Shown here: one piece after another, positions 25,401 to 40,400 of the stretch
Layout of the letters: the number at the start of each line of letters is the position of its first letter
Position numbering within the stretch: position 1 is the stretch's first letter
From: Phyllobates terribilis
Lineage: Eukaryota
Assembly: GCF_046119375.1 (NCBI RefSeq)
Contig: NW_027362765.1
Location: 252,960,001-253,024,000 of the forward strand
Direction of reading: 5' to 3'
Length of the DNA stretch: 64,000 nt
The notes under the pieces: generated by a model
The model's database searches: none
Told to the model about the DNA's origin: nothing
Seen by the model: only the letters and a program-made list of their open reading frames with translations
Translations under genes and position numbers: made by a program

Positions 25401-28400
25401 GGCACCCGAACAAGCTCTGTACAGCAATAAACACAAAGGGAATGCTGGGGGGTTATAGACAAAGCCTGAACATTTTAGAAAAACTATTATTATTAAACCT
25501 GGTCATTTATATACGAACCAAAATAGTGGCAAAAAATAAACCAAATTTCTCAAGCAAAAAACAAGGCCCCTACATGTGTGACATTATGGCTGCTATATAT
25601 CTCAGTGGTAAAGTGTACATTGAGAAAGTGAGCTAAGTAATAATGGGCATCGTAGGTAGGTATTCTATCTGAATCTAGCTGTGATGTGTGTGTGAGCTTT
25701 GCATGAATAATATATGGATGTGTGCTAGCCCTTCTACAATTTTTTCACCGTCCATTTTAATGATGCAACATAAAACGTATACTGTAATGTGAGCCGTTGA
25801 TATAAAAATACTATACATTTACCACGACAACATACCTTTCCTTGCAAATATGATCCTGGGTCTTTCTCCACCACATGAACAGAATGCATCTTATGACTTG
25901 GAGCTGTACCTGAAATTCAAGATGTGCCATTTTTAATATTAATGGCATGATGCATAGATAAAAAAAAATAATACAAATCATCAGCATCATCAGAATGATT
26001 ATGAATATTAATTGTTTACAAACTCAAAACACTTAAGATAAAGCTGATCCTCACCAACTAGTACTCTGTTATGGTGATCATCGTAGCCATGTTGTAGGTT
26101 CTGAAAAGAAGACATCCAAAGTGTCCAATGAATGTGAGGAAGAAAGGACGTGACAGAGAAATGAAAGAGCAAATGTTCTTGACGTTACCTGGGAATTCTC
26201 TATGAGAACAGTGGAGCTCAGACCACTACTTTCACAGCTCTGGCCACTTCCAGCACTGCGTACGCTGCCCAGACTCCCCTCACTGCCCACACTGTGACGG
26301 TCACCAGCTAGAATTGCACACGGAAGAAAACTGATCAACAGCATTACATGATTAACCCCTTTACAACCCAAGGTGGTTTGCGCGTTAATGACCAGGCCAA
26401 TTTTTACAATTCTGACCACTGTCACTTTATGAGGTAATTACTCTGGAACGCTTCAACGGATCCCCCTGATTCTGAGAATGTTTTTTCGTGACATATTGTA
26501 CTTCATGATTGTGGTAAAATTTCTTCGATATCACTTGCGTTTATTTGTGAAAAAAATGGAAATTTGGCGAAAATTTTGAAAATTTTACAATTTTCAAAAT
26601 TTTAATTTTTATGCCCTTAAATCAGAGAGATATGTCACACAAAATAGTTAATAAATAACATTTCCCACATGTCTACTTTACATCAGCACAATTTTGGAAC
26701 CAAAATTTTTTTTTATTAGGGAGCTATAAGGGTTAAAAGTTGACCAGCGATTTCTCATTTTTCCAACAAAATTTACAAAACCATTTTTTTAGGGACCACA
26801 TCATATTTAAAGTCACTTTGAGGGGTCTTTAAGACAGAAAATACCCAAAAGTGACACCATTCTAAAAACTGCACCCCTCAAGGTGCTCAAAACCACATTC
26901 AAGAACTTTATTAACCCTTCAGGTGCTTCACAGGAATTTTTGGAATGTGGAAGAAAAAAATGAACATTTAACTTTTTTCACAAAAATGTTATTTTAGACC
27001 CAATTTTTTTTATTTTCGCAGGGGTAACAGGAAAAAATGTACCACAAAATTTGTTGAGCAATTTCTCCTGAGTTAGCAGATACCCCATATGTGGGGGAAA
27101 ACCACTGTTTGGGCGCATGGCAGGGTTCGGAAGGGAAGGAGCACCATTTGACTTTGATTGTAAAATTTGCTTGAATAATTAGCGGATGTGCCCCTGATGT
27201 GCCTAAACAGTGGAAACCCCCCACAAGTGACACCATTTTGGAAACTAGACCCCTCAGGGAACTTGTCTGTGTGGTGAGCACCTTGAACCCCCAAGTCCTT
27301 TACAGAAGTTAATAACAAAGTTAATTTTGTGCAATTTCTCCTGAGTACGCCAATACCCCATATGTGGGGAAAATAGTGTTTGGCCGCACGGCAGAGTTCA
27401 GAAGGGAAGGAGCACTGTGTGACTTTTCGAACGCAAAATCCGCTGGAATCGAGAGCAGACACCATGTCGCGTTTGGAGAGCCCCTGATGTGCCTAAATAG
27501 TTGAAACCCCCCACAAGTGACCCCATTTTGGAAACTACACCCCTCAAGGATTTTATCAAGGGGTATAGTGAACATTTTGAACCCAGAGGTAGGACACAGA
27601 ATTTGATGACATTAGGTCATCATATTGAATAAGTTGTCATTACTCTTGAGCGCAAGTGCTCGCTACTTGAGTTTGCATCGGGTACTCAGGTATGCACCAT
27701 GTATCACAGGTGCTCAAGTGAAATGCTCGAGTCCCCGCCCGCATGTTTCAGGGTTATTAGACACCCCAAAAAAAACATGCGGGGATTGCTCGTGCATGGC
27801 AGGCAATCCCCGCGAGTTTTTTTTGGCCGCGAAGCATATGGGGCAGAGACTCGAGCACCCGCGATACTCAATGCATACCTGAGCACCCGATGCAAACTCA
27901 AGTAGCGAGCACTTGCGTTCAACACTAGTTGCCATATCGTCATCTATTTTTTTTTTTTTTTTTTTTTTACTTTTGAAAAAAAAAACAACCCTAACCCCAA
28001 CCCCAACATTAGCACAACCCTAACCCCAACACGAACATTAGCACAACCCTAACCCCAACCCCAACCCTAGCGTTTATTTTTTACGCCGTTCCTCGTGCGG
28101 TATAAGTGATTAGATGACCTTATTCTTCGGGTCGGTGCGACTACAGAGATACCAGAATGATATCGGGTTTTTATGATTGACAGCTGTCACACACTAAAAG
28201 ACACATATTTTCTAAAATCTAGTTTTTGCATCGCCATATTTTGAGAGCTATAATTTTTCCATATTTTGGCCAACAGAGTCATGTGACGGCTTGTTTTTTG
28301 CGGGATGAGTTGACGTTTTTATTGGTGCCATTTTCAGGCACGTGACATTTTTTGATCACTTTCTATTCCAGCTTTTGGGAGGCAGAATAAACAAAAACCA

Positions 28401-31400
28401 ACAATTCAGGAATTGTTTTTTTAAAATTTTTTTTATTCTACTCTGCGTGTGGTAAAATTGATAAGGTAGCTTTATTCTTTGGGTCACTACGTTTACAGCG
28501 GTACCACATTTATATCGTTTTTCTATGTTTTGGCGCTTTTACACAATAAAAGATATTTTATAGAAAAAAATAATTTTTTTGCATCGCTTTATTCTGAGAG
28601 CTATAACTTTTAGATTTTTCGGATGATGGAGCTGTATGGCGGCTTGTTTTTTGCGGGACAAGATGACGTTTTCAGAGGTACCATTTTTATTTATATTCGT
28701 CTTTTTGATCGCGTGTTATTCCATTTTTTGTTTGGCGGTATGATGATAAAGCATGGTTCTTTGCTTCGTTTTTTTTTTTTACCGTGTTCACTGAAGGGGT
28801 TAACTAGTGGGACAGTTTTATAGGTCAGGTCGTTACGGACGCGGCGATACCAAATATGTGTACTTTTATTGTTTGTTGTTTTTTTTTCAGAATAATATTT
28901 ATTGATGGGTACATTATATTTTTATTTTTGGTGGATTATTTTTATTTATTTTTTTTTTAAATATTGTTACAATTTTTTTTTTTTCACTTTCTGAAATTTT
29001 TTTTTACTTTTTTACTTTGTCCCACTCTGGGACTTTCACTTTTTTTATTCTGATCGCCTGCATAGCACCATCCCTGTGCTATGCAGGCAGTCAGCGCTGC
29101 ACAGTGAGAAGATTGTTTGGTCATGCACTGCGCATGACCAAACAATCTTCCTGCTGTCTGGTGCCCCGGATGCTGTCATGACGACATTGAGTCGTCATGG
29201 CAACCCCCGGGAAGCCGCGGCAGACAGCGCAGGAGGCAGGAAGAGGAGGTGAGTATCCCTATCACCTTCCCTTAGCCACCGCAATGCTGCGATCGACTTC
29301 GATCGCAGCATTGCGGGGGTTAATGTGCCAGGAGCGGTGCGGGACCGCTCCCTGCACATTGTCACAGCTGACACCAGGTGGCGATCGCGCCCGCACAGCC
29401 TGTGTGCGCGCGCGCGATCGCGATGACGTACTAACACGGGTCAGGCTCTTAAGTCCCAGGGCAGAGACACATATTAGTACGTCATGGGCTTTAAAGGGGT
29501 TAAAATAACATAATCATATTGACACAATTACTTACCTCCACTGTATTCAGGGGTCATACCAATGCTGGTTATTGTACTGTACTGACTGTGCTGGTGTAGC
29601 TGTGACTTTGCCAAACGCTGCTGAGAAGTTGTGGTGTTACGAGAAATAGTGGAACCTACTAAACAAGAATTAGGAACTGAGAACAAAGAAATCTGACAAA
29701 GTCAGATTCCTTCTAAAATACTATTGCTTCTATAGATAGTTGTGCATTCTCACCAAGCCTCTTACTGATGACCTCTACAATTGCCGGAGGAAAGAACCCC
29801 ACTCTATCAGTTCCCTTCTGTGCGTCATGGATGTGACCTTTCCATCTGCCATCTGGATGTTGCTCCAATACCTATAGTCAAAATATGTGGTTACAAATAA
29901 TAAAGAATATATGTACCATTAAAAATGAGTAATGCAAGAATTTAGTCACTACCGTAATGAGGTCTCCAGCCCGGATATTTAGAGCAGTGGGATCATGAGC
30001 ATTCCAGAAATCCTTCAGGGCCCGAACTTTAAGTATCCCAGATGCCTCTGCAATTAAAAGTGTTCATTGTTTTATGACACACTCAATTATTTCAATGATT
30101 CCTCTAGTTTAATCCCACCATGTCACTCTCTTATGACTTGCACAATTACCTCGAAGAAGCTGTTTTATGTCTGTACTAGCATGAGTGGTGGTGAATTGAT
30201 TTACAATGTCCAAAGCAGTTTGATTGTATGTGTTGCGGATATTAACATCTATGCCGTTCTAGAAAAGAAAGAAAGAGCAGGCTTACTCATTAAAAACAAC
30301 AGTCATGGATAAAACCCTGGACACAAGTCTTTAGGTTATACAGTTGGCTTAGTGGTTAGGTTAGCACTGTTGCTTTGCAGCGCTGGGTTCAAATCCCACC
30401 AAGGACAACATCTGCAAGGAGTTTGTATGTTCTCCCTGTGTTTGTGTGGGTTTCCTCCGGGTTTCCTCCCACACTCCAAAGACATACTGATAGGGAATCT
30501 AGATTGTGAGTCCCAATGGGGAGAGTGCTGATAATGTCTGTAAAGTGCTAATGGTGCTATTTGAGTAAAATAAATGAATACTCCCCAACATTTCCTACCT
30601 CTATGAGCAGCTTCACAATTTCAGTCTTTCCACATAGTGATGCCTCATGTAGAGCACTGCCCATCTTTGTCACTTTGTTAACCTCAATACCAGATTTAAG
30701 GAGCAATCTGAAAATAAATAAATAAGAAAGAGGTCAATATACATGGTTAGCATTCAGCAAAACAAGTGTTAATAATAAATAGACTGCAAGATCATTTTGT
30801 GGTTACCATTGCAACTAGAAAATTCAACCATCAACCCACCTGATGACTTCCCGGTGGCCATTTTTTGCTGCCAAGTGCAGCGGTGTGGTAAAATTAGGGT
30901 CGGTGGGATCTTTGGATATGCCCTCCAACAAAGAGACACACAGATGGCTATTCAGGAGCAGTTGCACCACCTAATGAATCAATTAAAGGAGACAATACAT
31001 TGACTACAGTTGAAAGTGAGATTTATACTACAGGAGTGGAAGATGCTGTAGACCAGTGATTCTCAAACTGGTTTCTGTGGAACTTGTGTTCCACCAAATC
31101 GATCTCAACTGTTTCTGGAAATAAGTGGGGGACACTCCACTAAGTCATAGTTCCTCAGATGATCTTATCCTGCTGCCAGGCCAATCTTCTCAGAGAAACC
31201 TCTACGTTCTGTAGACATTGCCGTCTATAGGGTTCTGTGATTCCAGCAGTTAGAGCTTGCACCCCCAATATTACACTTCGTGCAGAACCCCTACAGTTGG
31301 TTTACCAATGATAATTCTACACTTTGACAATGTATTTTAGATACTATACTAAAGGAAAGGGGGGGGATTCATAGAACATTCTGTATAGACCATCACCCAA

Positions 31401-34400
31401 CTCAAGTCCTGACCTAGCTTTACCTTATTATCTAAAGTTTTATGTGCTAAAATCACAGCTCTAAAAGGAAGCAGATACATAGCAATGAGAATTCAGAGAG
31501 AAAATAAACAATTACTACAAACGGTCATACCTTTACTCTCCCAAATTCACAAGCCAGATCTAAGGGTGTCTTCTTGGATTTATTAACATGGCATGGATTT
31601 GACTGGTGCTGCAAAAGGGTTTCAGACTGGTAGTAAAGGAATAAAAAAATATATAAAGCATAATGCTACACAAAATTCTGAAAATTAAAGTGTGTCTGCA
31701 TTTATGGGTACCTCCGCCAGTCCATCAGTGTTGTCACCAAGATTATTCCAGTGTGACCCACTTAATCTGTGACTCACTACTCCAAACAATGGACTCTTCC
31801 ACCATCCAGTCTTTCCCAAGTAACTTGAAAAGCCTCCTCTTCAAAACCTGTATACAGAACTGTAGAAAGAACTGTATATACAGTCTCTACCCTCGTCTGC
31901 TGACACTTTCCTATGCAGATTGTAAGCATTACCATTTGCTGGTAGGGCCCTGTCTTTTTCTATGCCAGTTTTATTTACTGGCTTTATTCTCATATGATGT
32001 ATTTGCATTTCATAAGTACCATGTCCTAGAATAATATCCTAATAATGTCCTAAGATAATAATACTGCAGATATCCGATGTGCCCTTTAATCCTAAATCTG
32101 TGTTTTTTCGTCAACTGTGGCTATGATGGGGAGATTGCATCAAGTAGTTTAAACTTCCTAATCGGCTACCTGAAATGGAGACTCTGATATACTTCAGGCA
32201 CTGTTATACTGTATAGTCCCTTTATGTAAGCATTATATGACTAATGTGTGGCACTGTGAATATTGCACTTTTTGGACACGAAGTCGCCATATTACTTAAT
32301 TAAAAGGGAATCTGTAGCCAGTCTTTGCTATATAATCTGAGAGCAGCATGATGTAGAGACAGAGACCCTGATTCCAGTGAAGTGTCACTTACTGGGCTGT
32401 TTGCTGCAGTTTTGAAAAAAAAAAAACCTGTTTAATCTGCTGCAGATCTAGCAGTTCTCTGAATGCTGAGCTCTATATAACCCCGCCCACACCACTGATT
32501 GGCAGCTTTCTGTGTACACACTGACAACTTATTTGGAAAAGTACATGTTACATTTTAAGAAGCACCACATTAAAACCATTACTTAAGTCCTTCCCTTTCT
32601 TAGTGTTCCAGTGCTCTCATTAACTAATTATTTCTTGTAATAATTAGTATGTTGTACATACATGTCATGAAAGCAACAGTGGTCACCACCACCCATCATA
32701 CAGACAGGAAGTATTATAAAATTCCTGTATTATTGTTAAAGGGGTGGACTGAAATACAAATGAATTTTCATCCTAAATCTCTATCAATTTAATGTCATAA
32801 TCTAAACTATTGCTATATACACTTTAATTAAAAATTTCCTATCCTTTCCTAACTACACTGTCTAATCGATTTTCTTTTTTTTTCTACTTCCTTTTTTATG
32901 ACGCGTCATTGGACAATCCCAGTGCATGATGGGATACTGAAACGAAGAGTCATCTGGAGGCAGAGACTGCTGTCCCCTCGCTGAAAAGAAGCATCATCAG
33001 TGACCTTTGTTTCATGGGCTGGGTTAGTCCCTGATGTGCACAATGACAACGCTCTCTCTCGCTAGCTCAGATCAGCAGTAATGAGCCAGCAACAAAGCAC
33101 ACTGTCAGTGCGGGTTGTCAGAATACCCAGAATGCAGAGACCAGAGCCGACCCCACAAATGATGTCACTGGTCTCTGCTCACCAGGTTTTCTGACAACAC
33201 ATTGAGAGTGATCTCTGTTGCTGGCTCGTTACTGCTGATCTGAGCTGGCAAGAGAGCCGTCATTGTGCACATTACACATTGCACAGGGACTAGTCCAGCT
33301 CCTAAAACGAATGTCACTGATGAAGCTTCATTTCAGGGAGGAGGCAGAAACTGCAGCATTGACCGCAGCCTTTGCCCCCTGGTTATGCTTCTTTTGAATA
33401 TCCCTGAAGGATTCTCAAATGTAGACTCATCAAAAAGGAAGTCGAAAAATGGAAAAAGAAAAGCAGATAGTGTAGTTAGGGAAGAATAGGACATTTTTAA
33501 AGTATATTATAAAATAGTTTAGACTGAGGCATTAAATAGATAGGGATTTGGGATGAAAATTTATTTATATTTCGGACCACCCTTTTAAGGCTTAGAAGAA
33601 ATAAATAGAAGACTGAGAGAAAAGGTACCATATATCAATTATACATTGTAGACTACTGATAGGCACTTCATAGGAGATTACTACAATTACCTTCAATATA
33701 GGATAGTCCTGTTTGTGCAGCTGCCCCAAGTTACTCTTTAATAAACCTCTGGAATATTTATAATTAAATACCCAAGGGAATGTAGCGGATATTTTCATAT
33801 TAGAAGAGATAGAGAAGAATGAGTGTGACTTACTACTTCATAGTGTCCATACTGAGCAGCTAAGTGCAAGGGAATCTGTCCATCATTGGAAGCAGCATTG
33901 ACACTGGCAGCTGCTCGGAGAAGGAGCCGCACTGGCTCTGGCTGGCCCTGCCATGCAGCGTAGTGTAATGGACGCATTCCTGGAGAGAAAAGAATGCCTT
34001 TATTAGAAGGGCAGCCGGCTTTCAGATATCTCAGAGGATACACTTGGTTCACACTCACCATTGCCATCCTTGATGTCCACAGCTGCCTGTGTTTCTAGAA
34101 GTAGCAGCAATAGCTCAGAGTTGCCACTAAGAGCTGCATGATGCAAAGCGGAAAACCTGTCGAGAGAAAAGAGGCCAGCAAATGATTAAAAGTGGAGCAT
34201 TACCAATCAGCAAAATGTGAGACTTTACTGGCATTTCCCTAAACGAGAGCAGAAAAGTAGACTTCATTCTGTACAGACTTAATTGCTACAGAGAAGGTTC
34301 CACAACGGAGTTACTTTGCAGTTTCTTTTTCGAAAGAGTCGACAGCTTTATTATTCATGTTGTCCCCGGGTTATAAACTAGATGGGTTGCGAACAAACCT

Positions 34401-37400
34401 ACAGAACCTAAATTTGAATGCAAGTTGGAATAGTAGTGGCAAAAAATAAAACCTCGCCTCATCGCAGACCTCTCCGGCCACCCAGCCTCGTCCTCTTCTT
34501 TTTGCCATATTGCGCTGCATCTATGGCCTCTTCACTATTTTCCAGGACCTCTGGCTGTGTCCAGGCCTCGGAGGTCATTGCATGCTGAATTTGTGAAGCG
34601 CAATGACCTCTAAGGCCTGGACACCGCAAGTCCTGACCTATAGTGAAGAGACCAGAGATGCAGAGCACTAAGGCGGAAAGAAGATGACTCGACGCCGGGC
34701 AGTAAGCAGAGGGATGGCTGGAAATGACCGCCTCTCACAGGTCCTGTGCATATGTCATTGCATCTGCATTCTTTCATGATGACCATACAAATGACACTCA
34801 CCCTTGCCTGTTAGAATTTATGTTGTTTTACTATCGGCCATCTTGTTGTGGTTTGCTGGCTTCTAGTCTTTTCCTCTGGTGCTGGGGTTCTTGGTCACGT
34901 GATCTCTGCACTCTTTATTACCCAGCACCTGGCCCCCATTCCCCGCTGGACATCAGTGTTATGCTTGTGCTCTGGCTAAGTAGCCTGGTTTAGTTCTTCT
35001 TGCTTTGGACTATTGTTATCCTGGGACTTATTGTTCCACCAGTTTTGTTTCCTTTAATTTTCATTTCTGCAACTAACTTTTCTGTTAGGAGGTCTCCTGC
35101 TTTTGCTCCCAGTCCTTAGACCTTTTAGGGACCCCTTTCCCTGTCCTACAGGTCTTCTTTGAGTTCAGTGCAGGAGTTTTGGTGGGACTATTCATAAGTA
35201 ATAGGGCACTCACCCCAGCGTAGGGTTAAGCTGAGTCTCAGTGCAGGGACAGCTTTTCCCTCCTATTCCTTAGCTCTAAGTTGCAGAACATAACATTACC
35301 ATTTTTTGGACATGCCTTTAGATTTGATTATGCATTCATATTTTCTTATTGATGTTTGATATATATATTTTTAATTGTTGATATTTTAATGGCTATTAGC
35401 TTCAGAGAACTCATTATTACATATTCTTTGGTGTAACTATTTAATGTGTCTCTCTTTGGCATGTTGGTCCATAGGACTATGCACGCTTGTTATTTTGCAT
35501 ATATCATTGTTTCCCTGTGATTTTTCAACTTTCAGACGGATGAGGGTAGGCGTTAGCCCTATTTTGGGCACACCAGGTATGTAGTGTTTTGCGTAACGGC
35601 TTTTTAAGTGTTTTAAACCAGTGTATATAGTATGTCTTTATAAATTACGGTAAATAAAACTCATTTTTACGGTGATCCTCAAGTGTTCGCATATTTCATT
35701 TCCCTCCGTACTTTTAAGAATCTCAGGTATAGCAAATATACCAGTAAGGTCATTTAAAAGATATTTAGACATATCTCTATCTCTCTATACACAGTTTATT
35801 CACGTTTCCAGACTGATGTAGCCTCTTTTGTTTGCATTTGTATTACAACACATCAGCGGCTCCAAAAGATTTCATCCATTTGTTTCGGATGTGCTGGTTT
35901 CCTTTCTTTTTTAAAGATCTCGTAAGATGCAATGGTATTATAGTAATCTTATGACTAGAAATGTAGGGCAAAAGAGGTGATAGCAGTAGATCGTCAAAAA
36001 AGAAAAAAAAAAAGTATACAAATTTCCTATATGCTTCCAGCTTTACATCAAATGTACCATATGAACATTTCTATCTTTTGATGTTTAGCAGTCGGCATAA
36101 TCACTACAGAAACTTCTATATCTAAAGGACAGACCCTTTATTAGGCTATGTGCCCACGATGCAGAAATGCTCCGGATTTTTTTCCTGAGCATTTCTGCAT
36201 CTCCCTGGCAGAAAAAACACATGCGGATTGTACATGCGTTTTTCCTGCCAGGGAAAAGCGGATGTGAAGCGTTCTTCACTTGCATTTCTGCATGCGGGTT
36301 GTCAAGCGCTTTCCAAGCGATTTTAGCATCACTTGGAAAGTGCTTGACAACTTGGTCACACTATATAAATCCATGCAAACGGCATGGATTTATATAGTGT
36401 GACCGTAAAGCATGGTAAAAAATAAATCTATACTTACCTTCCGATGTCCCCCGGAGTCTTAATTCGCTCCGCCCTGGCTTGCCGGCAGCTCGCGGTACAC
36501 TGAAGGACCTGCCGACGTCGGCGGTCGCGTGACCCGTCACATGACTAAATGACGTCAGCGCAGGTCCTTCAGTCCACCGCGAGCTGCTGGCAAGCAAAGA
36601 CAAAGACACCGGGGGCCATCAGAAGGTAACTATAATATTTATTTTATTCTTTTTTTTTTACAGGTTCTATGGTACCCAGGTTCGGAGGAGAGTCTGTAAA
36701 ACAACCATGGTCTGTAGCATGTGGCCTTATTGCAAAGCTGGCATGATTGTCTACCAAATCCACACTCCGCTTCGGTATAGGAGAGAAATACACTGCTCAA
36801 AAAAATAAAGGGAACACTCAAATAACACATCCTAGATCTGAATGAATGAAATATTCTCATTGAATACTTTGTTCTGTACAAAGTTGAATGTGCTGACAAC
36901 AAAATCATACAAAAATCATCAATGGAAATCAAATTTATTAACCAATGGAGGCCTGGATTTGGAGTCACCCCCAAAATTAAAGTGGAAAAACACACTTCAG
37001 GCTGATCCAACTTTCATGTAATGTCCTTAAAACAAGTCAAAATGAGGCTCAGTATTGTGTGTGGCCTCCACGTGCCAGTATGACCTCCCTACAATGCCTG
37101 GGCATGCACCTGATGAGGTTGCAGATGGTCTCTTGTGGGATCTCCTTCCAGACCTGGACTAAAGCATCCGCCAATTCCTGGACAGTCTGTGGTGCAACGT
37201 TGGTGGATGAAGCGAGACATGATGTCCCAGGTGTGCTCAGTCGGATTCAGGTCTGGGGAACGGGCGGGCCAGTCCTTAGCTTCAGTGCCTTCATGTTGCA
37301 GGAACTGCTGACATGCTCTAGCCACATGAAGTCTGGCATTGCCCTGCATTAGGAGGAACCCAGGGCCAACCACACCAGCATATGGTGTCACAAGGGGTCT

Positions 37401-40400
37401 AAGGATCTCATCTCGGTACCTAAAGGCAGTCAGGCTACCTCTGGCGAGCACATGGAAGGCTGTGTGGCCCTCCAAAGAAATGCCACCCAACACCATTACT
37501 GCCAAACCGGTCATGCTGAAGGATGTTGCAGGCAGCAGATAGTTCTCCACGGCGTCTTCAGACTCTGTCACGTCTGTCACATGTGCTCACTGTGACCCTG
37601 CTTTCATCTGTGAAGAGCGACTTTGCCAATCCTGGTGTTCTGTGGCAAATGCAAAGCGTCCTGCACGGTGTTGGGCTGTGAGCACAACCCCCATCTGTGG
37701 ACGACAGGCCCTCATACCACCCTCATGGAGACGGTTTCTAACTGTTTGTGCAGACACATGCACATTTGTGGCCTGCTGGAGGTCATTTTGCAGGGCTCTG
37801 GCAGTGCTCCTCCTTGCACAAAGGCGGAGGTAGCGGTCCTGCTGCTGTTGTTGCCCTCCTACGGCCCCCTCCACGTCTCCTGATGTACTAGCCTGTCTCC
37901 TGGTAGCGCCTCCAGCCTCTGGACACTACGTTGACAGACACAGGAAACCTTCTTGCCACAGCTCGCATTGATGTGCCATCCTGGATGAGCTGCACTACCT
38001 GAGCAACTTCTGTGGGTTGTAGAGTCTGTCTCATGCTACCACGAGTGTGAAAGTACCACCAACATTCAAAAGTGACCAAAACATCAGCTAGAAAGCATTG
38101 GTACTGAGATGTGGTCTGTGGTCCCCACCTGCAGAACCACTCCTTTATTGAGTGTGTCTTGATAATTGCCAATAATTTCCATCCATTGTCTATTCCATTT
38201 GCACAGCAGCATGTGAAATTGATTGTCAATCAGTGTTGCTTCCTAAGTGGACAGTTTGATTTCACAGAAGTTTGATTTACTTGGAGTTATATTCTGTTGT
38301 TTAAGTGTTCCCTTTATTTTTTTGAGCAGTGTAGCTCAATTTGATTCCATTCTGTTCCATGTGTCTCTTCCTCCAGAGATTTGCATTTAAAAGGTTTGTC
38401 TAGGATGAGAACATAAAGGATGCTTTCTTCCAGGAATAATCACCACTCTCATCTATAGGCTTTGTTTATTCCCAGTTTTTCGTTCTGGTGCTTTCATTTT
38501 GTCCTCGCCTTCTTCCAAGATTCATAACTTATTTTTCTGTCAATATAGTCATATAAGGGCAGGACAAGTTGTGGTTATGAATTACAACATTCATTTTGCC
38601 ATACAAGGTACTGACAAATGAGCAAAAAAAAAAAAAAATCCAAGTGTCATGAAATGGTAAAAAAAATGCAATTCCACAATATTTTTTTGGGTTTTGTTTT
38701 TACAGCGTTCATTATGTTGTAAAAATTACCTGTTGACATGATTTTTCAGGTCAGTACAATTACAGTGATACCAAACTTCCATGGATTTGTTTTTAATCCT
38801 AGTAGTTAAAAAAAATCTTAATTAAAAAAAAAAAAAATACGTTTTTGTTGTTGGAATATTTCAGAGAACCGTAACATTTATATTTTTCCATCGAAGGAGC
38901 TGTCTAATGACTTGTGTGTTTTGCACGGCAAGCTGATTTTTCATTGATCTCATTTTTGGGGTACATAAGAAATTGAGGACTTTTTTTAGTTTTATTTTTT
39001 ACACAGGTGTGATTATTAAAATACAGAAATCTGTTTTTTCAAATTATTTTTCTTTAAGGCATTGGCGTACCAATGAATTAATTTTATATTTTGATAGGCC
39101 TGACTTTTACACATGTGGCGATATCTGATATATATTTTACTAATTTATTTATTTTTAATGATGAAAAAGGTGGGGCATTTTGAATTCTTAGGTTTGTTTT
39201 TGTTTTCAGTCCTCTCGAGGCCATTTACCCACGGCAATTCTTTGATCACTTGTTCTATATATTACAATATGACCCACTGAATGCTTCGTACAGGCCTAAT
39301 CCCGATTCTAATTTGTGGGGGTCTGACCAGTGGTGTACCATGTGACTGTTATGGTGCCCATCAGTCGCGGATGGCCACACCCTTGCCTGGCGTCACAATG
39401 TCAGAGATACAGTTTAGTAGTAAAATGCAATGGTCTCAATGCAGCAGGCTCGATTATGTCAATATATAACGCCTGCTGCATAAAGCCTCAGTCCACATAC
39501 TGCACAGACTGGGCCAGCGCATCAGGGGAATGGGGCTAGTTCATATATTTTTTTTTAACATTGTCCATACTTGTGGGAGGGTGTGCGATGGGGGCCATGA
39601 TGCTGTGTGAAGGCTGGCAGTGGAATAAAGGGGACATAATACTGTGTGGATCTCAATGTATGGGGGAATTATGAGGGCATTACACTGTGTGGAGGCCATG
39701 TGTGGGCTGTATGGGCCATAATACTGTGTGGGTGGCGGGAGGTGGGGACCATTATACTATCTTGAGGGTCACCACACTGCATTGGGGGCACTGTGCCAGC
39801 ATCATACTGTGCTGGGTGCACAGTAGCGGCATCACAACTTGAATGTGGGTGAATTTACTGTGGTGGTCTCATGCTGTGTGTTGGGGACATGATACTCTCT
39901 TGAGGTCAAGAGGGGTATTGTAGTGGGTGAGAACACTAAGCAGCTGCAATATGGGCACAATTATTGAGTTTGTGCTGTAATACAAGTCCGTCTTGAAAAA
40001 TTGGGAGGTATGACCTTCTGTAACTGCGAATATGCAATGTGACTCCATCTCAGCTGAATTATTATTGAGCGTGTGGGGGTTAAATTAAGACTTTTGCTAT
40101 GTAGTCCCATGATTTCTATGTACGCCTTTGGGTCTAACCTTTACTGTTTACACTTTTTCCTGTGGGAAAATCAAATAAATCATATGCAGGAATCTCTATT
40201 GCTTCAGAACCACAAGCGTCAGTTTCCATATTTCCCATTCATTATAAGACTGACTATACATGGGGCAGGAAATTGGATGTGCACCCATATTTTTTAGATC
40301 AATTGTGTGACAGTGGTCCATCCCGCAGCAATCAGGCATTTCTAGTGTAGCGCCCCGAGGGCTCGGCCGCTACAGGGGTATTGCACCTCAGACCAGAGGT

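Noticed and set aside
30345-30400. tRNA-like A/B boxes
   Set aside because: They are the head of a SINE and no cloverleaf is evident.
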